Assembly (NCBI GenBank): GCA_965649215.1
Contig: CBFGJZ010000019.1
Coordinates: forward strand, 1 to 24,436
Source: a candidate division WOR-3 bacterium
GTDB taxonomy: Bacteria; Hydrothermota; Tepidihabitantia; Tepidihabitantales; CAIPLT01
Length of the DNA: 24,436 nucleotides
Direction: 5' to 3'
Shown here: positions 17,111-24,436 of the stretch, piece after piece
Layout of the letters: each line of letters starts with the position of its first letter
How positions within the stretch are numbered: the stretch's first letter is position 1
Position numbers and translations under genes: made by a program
Notes under the pieces: model-generated
Databases searched by the model: none
The model's input: only the letters and a program-made list of their open reading frames with translations
Told to the model about the DNA's origin: nothing

Positions 17111-18640
17111 ATGATGAAGAAATGGTCTATTTTGACTTTCTTACTAATTAGTAATCTATCGTATGCTCAAACCATCGCATCTAAATCTCTCATTGCTAAA
17201 CTCAAATCTGATATCAACATTGCTGAATTAAAGCTTCCTGAGCTAATTAGTAAAACCGAACCATTAATTAAAGACAAAAATCCAAGCCCTTTAGCAAAAC
17301 AGTTCGGTCTGGATTTGCTCTATTGTTTATACTTAAAAGAAGATGTAAATATCCAAGATGCCATTCAAATTTGTCAAGCAAGTGGATTTTTTGAGTATCT
17401 TGAACCAAATTATATTTATCAAACTGACAATATTTTAGCACCGGAACAATCTTTATTAAAAGATTTTCTCTTATGGTCGGGTATCCCGAATGACCCATAT
17501 TACAGCTCGCAATGGTATTTACAAAAAATTCAATGCCCCTTGGCGTGGGATTCTGTACTTGGTAATCCTAACTTTACAGTTGCAGTTATTGATTTAGGTG
17601 TCAATTATTTACACGAAGATTTAAGCGCAACTTATGCGGGTGGCTATGATTTCCAAGATTATGATACAATGCCGTTACCTAATGCTGCTGACCCCTCTGG
17701 CACAATGTATGCAGGCATTGCCACCGCTCACACTAATAACAATTTAGGAATTGCTGGTATAAGTTGGGGTTCTCGATATTTGGCATATCGTTGTGGTGAT
17801 AATGGCTTGATTTATGAAAATAAAGCAATTTCTGCGGTTTACGATGCGGTTATGAAAAATGCATCTGTCATTATCTTGGGATTTGGTACTGCCACTTATT
17901 CAACATCTTTTAACAGCGCGATTCAGTATGCTTGGCAGAGTGGTTGTGTTTTAATTGCCCATGCTGGTAGTTATTCGTATGGACAAGTTCGTTATCCAGC
18001 TGGCTATGACAATGTTATTGCAGTCACCGCCTCAAACCAAAATGATTATCTCGTAAGCGGAGCCAATTACGGCAATTGGATTGATGTCGTTGCCCCCGGT
18101 ACAAATATGTTTACGACGACAATTAATGGGTATGGTCTCTGTCAAAGCACTGCTGCAGCCATTGCTTGTGTGGCTGGCCAGGTCTTACTCTTAAAATCAA
18201 AATATCCCTATCTCACCAATGCCCAGTGCGTTGACAAAATCTTTGCGTCCTGTGATTCAATGCCAGACCCATTATATCTTGAAGGTATGCTTGGTCATGG
18301 CCGAATTAATTTATTTAAGATGTTAACCCCCCTCAGCGATATCAAAGAAAATTTAAGAAACAACACCTATCCTAAATTAACTATAAGTCCAAATCCTTTC
18401 TCCTCTCAAACCTCAATTCAATTTTACCTTCCTAAGACAAGCCAACTTGCAGTTGAAATCTATAGTATAAATGGCAGACTAATCAAGACTTTTTCTACCC
18501 ACCATTTAGTTAAAATCAATGACTATCTCATCTGGAACGCAAAAGACAATCACAATCAAAAAGTCCCATATGGCATCTATTTTATTAAATTAAAAACCAA
18601 TAACAATCAAATCATAAAAAAGCTAATTTATACCAAATAA
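17111..18640 (+). CDS. Secreted S8 subtilase-fold protein with C-terminal FlgD-Ig/T9SS-like domain; catalytic residues degenerate
   Basis: Signal peptide, prodomain ending YLEPNY, PNDPYYSSQW, VAVIDLGV, YPAGYDNVIAV, IDVVAPG, GHGRIN; C-terminal SPNPF...IYSINGRLIK...WNAKD...GIYFIKL. SD GAGGG. Confidence 0.88.
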   Translation: MMKKWSILTFLLISNLSYAQTIASKSLIAKLKSDINIAELKLPELISKTEPLIKDKNPSPLAKQFGLDLLYCLYLKEDVNIQDAIQICQASGFFEYLEPNYIYQTDNILAPEQSLLKDFLLWSGIPNDPYYSSQWYLQKIQCPLAWDSVLGNPNFTVAVIDLGVNYLHEDLSATYAGGYDFQDYDTMPLPNAADPSGTMYAGIATAHTNNNLGIAGISWGSRYLAYRCGDNGLIYENKAISAVYDAVMKNASVIILGFGTATYSTSFNSAIQYAWQSGCVLIAHAGSYSYGQVRYPAGYDNVIAVTASNQNDYLVSGANYGNWIDVVAPGTNMFTTTINGYGLCQSTAAAIACVAGQVLLLKSKYPYLTNAQCVDKIFASCDSMPDPLYLEGMLGHGRINLFKMLTPLSDIKENLRNNTYPKLTISPNPFSSQTSIQFYLPKTSQLAVEIYSINGRLIKTFSTHHLVKINDYLIWNAKDNHNQKVPYGIYFIKLKTNNNQIIKKLIYTK

Positions 18641-18970
18641 CAATAATCTCTGTGTCATCCAAAATAAAACCCTAAGCATTTTCTCCTATCACTTTTTTCG
18701 TATTGACCGTTGTGAGTTGTCCCACAAGACAAACCGCCTCTTAATATCTAATTCTCTAACTCCACCCTATCCTAACCTTCAAATTAAAATAACGCTCAAA
18801 AGATTATCAAGAACATCATTAACAATTATATTAGATTCTAAAACGCATTCACTTTTTAACACAATACTTTAGCTCTTAACCACCCCTAAAGTCCATTCCC
18901 CCCACTATACTATCACCCTATTATAGATTCTTAGAAGTCCATGATAATAATGATGTTAAGAAATAATTTA

Positions 18971-19000
18971 GAAAATAAAAGTGTTAGTTATAACTAACAC
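18971..19000 (-). terminator. Probable intrinsic terminator of the pyrB-pyrC transcript
   Basis: Perfect 20-bp palindrome GTGTTAGTTATAACTAACAC (18981-19000) followed on the minus strand by TTTTATTTT, 18 nt after the pyrC stop. Confidence 0.7.
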
Positions 19001-19018
19001 CTCATAAATTTTTCTTTC

Positions 19019-20320
19019 TTAGTTTATGGTAAAAATTGTGTTATTAAGAATTACTCTGGTAACTTTACCTTTAAGTTTTCTGCCAATAAAAGGTGAGTTT
19101 TTAGATTTTGAAACAATATCTTCTTCTCTTACTAACCATCTCTTGCTTAAATCGAAGATCGTAATTGAAGCTAAAGCACCTTGAGTTAGTTGAACAGGTT
19201 TATTAATGATTTGAGCGGGTTTAGTAGTCAAACAGGCAATAAATCTCTCTAAACTAAGATATTTTTTCAAAACTAATTCTTGATATCCAATTGCAAAGGC
19301 AGTTTCAAAACCAATCATTCCTGATTTGGCTTGCGACCACGGCTTTTGCTTATAGGAACGATGCCATGGTGCGTGGTCAGTTGCAATCACATCAATGCTG
19401 CCATCGACTAATCCTTGTTTGATTGCTTCAACATCTTGCTTAGTACGCAATGGCGGTGAAACCTTATAATTCGTATCCAAACTTAAACAATCTTTATCGG
19501 TTAAAGTTAAATAATGGGGACAGGTTTCAGCAGTAACCTTGATACCTTGTTTTTTTGCCCACTGAATCAACTTAACCGATTTTGCAGTTGAGACATGGGC
19601 AATATGCACCCAGCCACGAGTTTGCTCTGCTAATAAAATATCCCGTAGAACCATAATCGATTCAGCACTGTCCGGAATACCTTTGACGCCTAATTTCTTG
19701 CTTACATATCCTAAATTCAACATACCCCCGGCGGAAAGTGTTAAAACTTCGCAGTGATTAATTATCGGCACCTTATACTTTTTACTAAAAAGCAATGCCT
19801 CTCGCATAATTTCAGGATTACTAATCGGTGAGCCATCATCAGAAAATGCAACCACACCCGCCTCAACCATTTTTTCCATATCTACCAATTCTTTACCCTT
19901 ACGACCTTTGGTTACTGCTCCAATTACTGATACTAAAGCGTTTCCTGCTTGTTCTGCTTTATCTTTTACAAACTTTACTAATTTCGGACTATCTAAGGCT
20001 GGTCTTGTATTCGGCATACACGAGACGCGACAAAATCCCCCGCAAATTGCCGACAAAGTGCCCGACGCAATCGTTTCGGATTTGGTAAAACCTGGCTCTC
20101 GCAAATGACAATGCATATCAATAAAACCAGGACTAATATACTCATTATCTGTAAGTTCAATCACTGTTTTATCTTCAATGCTCTCGCGTCCGATTTTTAT
20201 CTGTTTGATGATACCGTTCTGAATCAAAAGACCCGCATTCGCAATAACCTTTTCGTTAGGAATCACAATTTTACCACCTTTGATAATTATTGTCTGACAA
20301 TGAGATTTAAAGACTTTCAA
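19019..20320 (-). CDS. pyrC: Dihydroorotase (type I)
   Basis: PGFIDMHCHLREPG, MPNT.P, FSDDG, HCE, HVST, ETCPHYL, PPLR, ATDHAP, SKNSPF.G; next to pyrB. Confidence 0.94.
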   Translation of the reverse strand: MKVFKSHCQTIIIKGGKIVIPNEKVIANAGLLIQNGIIKQIKIGRESIEDKTVIELTDNEYISPGFIDMHCHLREPGFTKSETIASGTLSAICGGFCRVSCMPNTRPALDSPKLVKFVKDKAEQAGNALVSVIGAVTKGRKGKELVDMEKMVEAGVVAFSDDGSPISNPEIMREALLFSKKYKVPIINHCEVLTLSAGGMLNLGYVSKKLGVKGIPDSAESIMVLRDILLAEQTRGWVHIAHVSTAKSVKLIQWAKKQGIKVTAETCPHYLTLTDKDCLSLDTNYKVSPPLRTKQDVEAIKQGLVDGSIDVIATDHAPWHRSYKQKPWSQAKSGMIGFETAFAIGYQELVLKKYLSLERFIACLTTKPAQIINKPVQLTQGALASITIFDLSKRWLVREEDIVSKSKNSPFIGRKLKGKVTRVILNNTIFTIN

Positions 20321-20337
20321 TGGAATTACTTAAACCA

Positions 20338-21261
20338 CTATTCGACCAGAATCATCTTTAACAGTGCCATTCGTATATATAGTCCATTAACTGCCTGACG
20401 AAAATAAGCGGCTCGTCTATCTTCATCTACTTCGGTATCAATTTCATTGACCCGCGGTAATGGATGCATCACAATCGCATTCTTTTTCATTGCTTTCAGA
20501 ACTTCTTTATCAATAATATACTTATCTTTGGCTTTTTCAAAATCTTCTAAATTTTCACCAAATCGCTCTTTCTGAATTCGGGTTTGATAGATGACATCAA
20601 CTTCGCTGGCGACTTTGATTAAATCCGTTTCTTCAAAAAATGGCACATTATTGTTAGTCAGATGATTTTTAATATCGCCCCGCATCTTCACCACATCCGG
20701 TGCGACAAAGAATATCTTCACACCAGGATATTTTGCTAAAAGATATGATAAAGAACGGACTGTTCTGCTATATGCCAAATCACCAACCATCGCAATCGAA
20801 ATCCCTTCAATTTTACCTAATTCTTTTTTAATCGTATAGAGGTCTAAAAGAGCTTGAGTTGGATGTTGACCCGGTCCATCACCCGCATTAATAATCGGTA
20901 CCGGCGAAACTTTGGCCGCTCGTTCTGCGGCTCCGCTCTCAAAATGGCGCAACACAATCACATCCACATAGCCACCAATAATACGAATAGTATCTTCTAA
21001 CGACTCACCCTTTGCCGTGGATGAAAACTCCCGAGCATTTTCAGTGGAAATTAAATTACCACCCAAACGAATCATCGCAGCTTCAAACGAAAGCCGAGTG
21101 CGCGTCGAGGGCTCATAAAAAACTGTTGCCATCACCTTACCTTTCAGAATATCACTGCCCCCCTTTTGACACACCTCCTGCATTTCATTAGCAATTGTAA
21201 AAATCTCTTCTAATAACTTCGGGTCAAACTGTTGCGCTTTTAAGATATGGTGTAATTTCAT
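20338..21261 (-). CDS. pyrB: Aspartate carbamoyltransferase catalytic subunit
   Basis: FYEPSTRTRLSFE, KGESLEDT, NAGDG.GQHPTQALLD, YQTRIQKERF, MHPLPR, YFRQA.NG. Confidence 0.97.
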   Translation of the reverse strand: MKLHHILKAQQFDPKLLEEIFTIANEMQEVCQKGGSDILKGKVMATVFYEPSTRTRLSFEAAMIRLGGNLISTENAREFSSTAKGESLEDTIRIIGGYVDVIVLRHFESGAAERAAKVSPVPIINAGDGPGQHPTQALLDLYTIKKELGKIEGISIAMVGDLAYSRTVRSLSYLLAKYPGVKIFFVAPDVVKMRGDIKNHLTNNNVPFFEETDLIKVASEVDVIYQTRIQKERFGENLEDFEKAKDKYIIDKEVLKAMKKNAIVMHPLPRVNEIDTEVDEDRRAAYFRQAVNGLYIRMALLKMILVE

Positions 21262-21318
21262 TTATTTAAGAAAATCAAATTGTTACTTTGCCCGTCGCAC
21301 ACCTTGCCCGCGACCATT

Positions 21319-21546
21319 TCACTTGATAATTATTGAAAGTGGAATAATAATCACATAACCCAACACTAACAGGATTGGTGCTAAAGTAATCGACCCCTTG
21401 GATAATAATAAATATCCAACGCCAATTGTAACCAAACCAATTATAAAAAGCACATAATTTTTAGTGGTAAAGACAATGTTCGGCCGTGGCGGCACCTTGG
21501 CACTGACTTGTTTCTTGCTCTCTTGTTTTTTATCTTTACTTGCCAT
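21319..21546 (-). CDS. Small two-helix membrane protein (DUF3098-like)
   Basis: KNYVLFIIGL...GYLLL and SITLAPILLVLGY..IPLSI pattern; family call from recall only. Confidence 0.7.
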   Translation of the reverse strand: MASKDKKQESKKQVSAKVPPRPNIVFTTKNYVLFIIGLVTIGVGYLLLSKGSITLAPILLVLGYVIIIPLSIIIK

Positions 21547-21557
21547 GCTTTCTCATC

Positions 21558-21971
21558 CTAACTCAAATTTTCACCTTTGTCAAGTTTATTTTTAATAAAA
21601 TTAATAATCTCTTCTTGATTATCTTTTGGTAAAAGCAAATGGATGCCCCGAAAATTATCCAGAAAATTATGTTTCTGAAATGGACTTAAAACAATACCTG
21701 TTTTAGTAATATAGTATTTACGAAATCGTGACCATTCCAATTTATTCTTAAATAATTTCTTATCAATCAAAATATCTGTGTCGGTAAGCGTATATTTTGT
21801 GGGTAGAAAATATGCATTCAGTGAAGTAAATAAGATAAGTGCCGCAAGCAATGCCCACGCTAACCCATAAAAAACAATCAAAAACACTAAAAACAATCCC
21901 AATCCAATTGACACCCATAATGTCTTTTGTGGAAACTCCTTAGCCCGATGGACTTGCCAAGTAATACTCAT
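21558..21971 (-). CDS. Hypothetical membrane protein (two TM helices plus a PH-like soluble domain)
   Basis: 137-aa ORF co-oriented between the tRNA and the pyr genes; hydrophobic hairpin followed by FLPTKYTLTD...W..F..Y. Confidence 0.7.
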   Translation of the reverse strand: MSITWQVHRAKEFPQKTLWVSIGLGLFLVFLIVFYGLAWALLAALILFTSLNAYFLPTKYTLTDTDILIDKKLFKNKLEWSRFRKYYITKTGIVLSPFQKHNFLDNFRGIHLLLPKDNQEEIINFIKNKLDKGENLS

Positions 21972-22015
21972 TATTTTGCTATCAGCAATAAACTATATGC
22001 TATTCGCTAATAAAA

Positions 22016-22089
22016 TGGGTCCGGTAGGACTCGAACCTACGGCCAGCTGATTATGAGTCAGCTGCTCTAACCAACTGAGCTACGGACCC
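22016..22089 (-). tRNA. tRNA with CAU anticodon, most likely tRNA-Ile2 (lysidine-modified); CCA not encoded
   Basis: Reverse complement GGGTCCGTAGCTCAGTTGGTTAGAGCAGCTGACTCATAATCAGCTGGCCGTAGGTTCGAGTCCTACCGGACCCA folds as a cloverleaf. Paired G1-C72 and no GGG/CCC anticodon stem argue against fMet; overall pattern resembles Ile2 more than elongator Met. Confidence 0.93.
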
Positions 22090-22107
22090 GCGATTATTTC
22101 ATTTATA

Positions 22108-22135
22108 ATCATACTAAAACCATTTTAAATGTCAA
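22108..22135 (-). promoter_or_regulatory. Putative sigma70 promoter for the tRNA and possibly downstream genes
   Basis: Minus strand TTGACA (22135-22130), 16 nt, TATGAT (22113-22108). Confidence 0.7.
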
Positions 22136-22165
22136 TCCTTCTTAAAACCCTCCTTCAACTTGAAC

Positions 22166-22193
22166 TTGACATTAATATTATTAGTCTTAAACT
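22166..22193 (+). promoter_or_regulatory. Putative sigma70 promoter, leaderless archease mRNA
   Basis: TTGACA (22166-22171), 16 nt, TAAACT (22188-22193); ATG at 22199. Confidence 0.6.
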
Positions 22194-22198
22194 TTCTT

Positions 22199-22612
22199 AT
22201 GCGTTATCGGTATTTAGACCATACTTCTGATTTAGGTTTTGAGATCTATGGAAAAGATTTAACTGAACTATTTACAAATGGCCTTTTTGCCATATTTGAC
22301 AACATTATTGATTTAAATACAGTTGAAATTAAAAAAAGTAAAAAGATTGAACTTAGTGCTCAATCTACGGAAGAATTACTTATGGATTGGTTTCGAGAAT
22401 TAATCTTTATTTTTGCTACTCAATATTTTATTTGTAAACAAGTTAATTTTATCCATTTTCAAGATAATAAACTAACCGCTGAAGTCGCCGGTGAGACTTT
22501 TGATGCTGCTCGTCATAAAATAAAGATTGAAATCAAAACACCAACTTATCATATGTTCAACATAAAAAAAACAGAGCAGGGCTACCAAGCCACTGTCGTT
22601 TTTGATGTTTAA
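22199..22612 (+). CDS. Archease
   Basis: YRYLDHTSD (DHTAD-like) N-terminus, EIKTPTYH, C-terminal VVFDV. ATG 22199 preferred over TTG 22160, whose extension overlaps the promoter. Confidence 0.9.
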   Translation: MRYRYLDHTSDLGFEIYGKDLTELFTNGLFAIFDNIIDLNTVEIKKSKKIELSAQSTEELLMDWFRELIFIFATQYFICKQVNFIHFQDNKLTAEVAGETFDAARHKIKIEIKTPTYHMFNIKKTEQGYQATVVFDV

Positions 22613-22628
22613 TTTTCATTAAATTTTT

Positions 22629-23804
22629 CTATTTTTTCGGTGCTTTCCAAAGCGGCGAGATTGAGCGTAATCGCTCAACAACTTTCACAAACGATTCGAC
22701 AACATAATTTATTTCATCTTGCGTATTGTTCTTATCTAAACTTATGCGTACTGGTGAGTTCACATATTTATCTTCAACGCCCATCGCAACCAACACATGC
22801 GATGCTTCGGCTTTTCCAACCGAACATGCTGAGCCTGATGAAACCGCAATGCCTTCTAAATCTAAATTCATAAGAATCGCTTCACCTTCCACATAAGCAA
22901 CTGAGATGTTTAATAGATTACATACCCGTTCTGTTGGATGGCCGTTAAGTTTTATCTCTGGGATTCGTTTAAAAATTTCTTCTTGTAAATAATCTCTTAA
23001 ACTTTGAATTTTTAATGGTATCCCAGTTTTAATATCTTCTTGAGCAAGTAAAGCGGCTTTTCCAAAACCAACAATACCCGCAACATTTTCAGTCCCTGGT
23101 CTTATTCCTTTTTCTTGCATTCCGCCATAAAGAATACTTTCTATCTTAATTCCTTTTTTTACATAGAGTGCTCCAACCCCCTTCGGCCCATGAATTTTGT
23201 GGGCAGAAATGGTTAATAAATCAACATCCAGTGCTTTGACATCAATCGGCATTTTACCGGCTGCGGCAACCGCATCAGTATGAAAATAAATATTATGCTT
23301 ATGAGCAATTTTAATACATTCTCTAATTGGTTGAATCGTTCCGACTTCGTTGTTCGCATACATTATTGAAATCAAAATTGTTTTGTCGGTTATTGCCTGT
23401 TCAAGTAATTGCGGGTCAATCATCCCGTATTGATCAACTGGTAATTTAGTAATCTGAACATTATGCCATCTTTTTAGATAATTTGCGGCGGCTAGTACTG
23501 CGCTATGTTCAACACTAGAGATGATAATATGGTTACCTTTATTACAATTCGCTTTATAACTACCAATCAATGCTAAATTGTCCGATTCAGTACCGCTTGA
23601 TGTAAATATTATCTCGTCGGGCTCCGCATTAATAAACGCTGTGACCTGTTCTCGTGCTTGTTCCATAGCTTCTTTTGCATCCCGCCCAAATGAATGAAGA
23701 TTCGAAGGATTACCATAATACTCATTTAGATATGGTAACATAGCCTGAATTACTAATGGGTCAAGTTGCGTTGTTGAATTGTTATCAAGATATATTCTTT
23801 GCAT
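22629..23804 (-). CDS. iscS: Cysteine desulfurase (IscS/NifS group I)
   Basis: IYLDNNSTT, YGNPS..H, FTSSGTES, SAHKIHGPKGVG (PLP Lys), SSGSACS (catalytic Cys). Start at 23804 (MQRIYLD) is likelier than 23828. Confidence 0.92.
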   Translation of the reverse strand: MQRIYLDNNSTTQLDPLVIQAMLPYLNEYYGNPSNLHSFGRDAKEAMEQAREQVTAFINAEPDEIIFTSSGTESDNLALIGSYKANCNKGNHIIISSVEHSAVLAAANYLKRWHNVQITKLPVDQYGMIDPQLLEQAITDKTILISIMYANNEVGTIQPIRECIKIAHKHNIYFHTDAVAAAGKMPIDVKALDVDLLTISAHKIHGPKGVGALYVKKGIKIESILYGGMQEKGIRPGTENVAGIVGFGKAALLAQEDIKTGIPLKIQSLRDYLQEEIFKRIPEIKLNGHPTERVCNLLNISVAYVEGEAILMNLDLEGIAVSSGSACSVGKAEASHVLVAMGVEDKYVNSPVRISLDKNNTQDEINYVVESFVKVVERLRSISPLWKAPKK

Positions 23805-24303
23805 AAGTTTTTTTCTTAAATGTTTCATTTATAATAACTAAAACAATCCCAATTACAATTGACATATCTGCAATATTATATGTTGGCCAGCGTAGGTTTT
23901 TTATGCCCATATCTATAAAATCAATCACATATCCTAACCGAACCCGATCAATAAGATTACCAATCGCACCTGCTAAAATCATACCATAGATAAAACTTTG
24001 AAATCGCGTAGTTGCTTTAAAAGCAATTAACAAAATCACACCGATTCCTAAAACTGGTAGAATATAATAACTAAAATTATTCTTAAATGGGATACCCCAA
24101 ACTAAACCATAATTATGCACAACTGTCAATCTTAAATAATCACCTAAGATATTAATTGGCTGATACATTAAAAGCCACCGAGAAACCCATAATTTAGTAA
24201 ACTGATCTAATATAATCACTAATAAAGTAGTTATTACTAAGACAATAATGCCCTTTTTATTATTTTGGCTTTTATTAATTTGCTTAATATTATTAAAGTT
24301 CAT
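23785..24303 (-). CDS. lspA: Signal peptidase II (lipoprotein signal peptidase)
   Basis: LDQFTK, HNYG, AGAIGNLIDR, VIDFID, WPTYNIAD. Confidence 0.95.
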   Translation of the reverse strand: MNFNNIKQINKSQNNKKGIIVLVITTLLVIILDQFTKLWVSRWLLMYQPINILGDYLRLTVVHNYGLVWGIPFKNNFSYYILPVLGIGVILLIAFKATTRFQSFIYGMILAGAIGNLIDRVRLGYVIDFIDMGIKNLRWPTYNIADMSIVIGIVLVIINETFKKKTYAKNIS

Positions 24304-24324
24304 GTTTACTAAATATAATAAAAT

Positions 24325-24390
24325 ATTATATGACCTATTTTACGCTCCTGTCAAGTAAAGACTTGACAAAGTATCTCTAAGGTTTATAAT
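24325..24390. promoter_or_regulatory. Back-to-back divergent sigma70 promoters (lspA-iscS on minus; an off-window gene on plus)
   Basis: Minus: TTGACA (24354-24349), 18 nt, TATAAT (24330-24325). Plus: TTGACA (24363-24368), 16 nt, TATAAT (24385-24390). Confidence 0.7.
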
Positions 24391-24436
24391 ATTTACTAGC
24401 GTTTTTTATTTGTTCTTTGAAAACTTATAGCTGTAT

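Noticed and set aside
21262-21318. PyrR attenuator upstream of pyrB (TTGCCCG direct repeat, GTCGC/GCGAC stem)
   Set aside because: No PyrR-binding consensus and no terminator U-tract; the stem is only 5 bp.
22016-22089. tRNA as integration site of a mobile element
   Set aside because: No integrase and no duplicated tRNA 3' end seen; flanks are housekeeping genes.
22160-22198. Hydrophobic N-terminal extension (signal peptide) on archease
   Set aside because: It is the translated AT-rich promoter; family similarity starts at Met 22199.
2611-22873. Antisense or out-of-frame ORFs inside purC, rpsE, rplO, secY, purQ, fusA, ribE, the S8 gene, pyrC and iscS
   Set aside because: Shadow ORFs of well-supported genes, without SD or domain signal.
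1-24436. CRISPR array, IS element, prophage, recoding or selenocysteine signals
   Set aside because: No spaced direct repeats, transposase or phage genes seen; conserved genes are uninterrupted in the standard code.

Overview
AT-rich bacterial chromosomal window of mostly housekeeping genes; the protein style (Kelch-type repeats, FlgD/T9SS-like C-terminal domain) suggests, by inference only, an FCB-related lineage such as WOR-3. Left to right: a large secreted M6 metalloprotease-Ig-Kelch gene running off the left edge (missed by the ORF track); a minus-strand rubrerythrin-purE-nitroreductase-purC cluster; a LarA-family protein; an orphan prepilin; a detached tail of the spc ribosomal operon (rplR-rpsE-rpmD-rplO-secY) followed by purQ and a 2Fe-2S/FAD oxidoreductase pair; a divergent EF-G paralog behind a structured leader; ribD-ribE-PAP2; a subtilase-fold protein lacking its catalytic His and Ser; a minus-strand tRNA(CAU)-two membrane proteins-pyrB-pyrC cluster; archease; cysteine desulfurase and lspA. 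No mobile element, CRISPR array or defence island is evident. The most notable signals are the EF-G paralog with both guanine-specificity motifs altered (NKLR, GDA), the secreted pseudo-subtilase, a plant-like PyrB, a probable ATT start codon, and recurring 16-bp-spacer promoters driving leaderless mRNAs.
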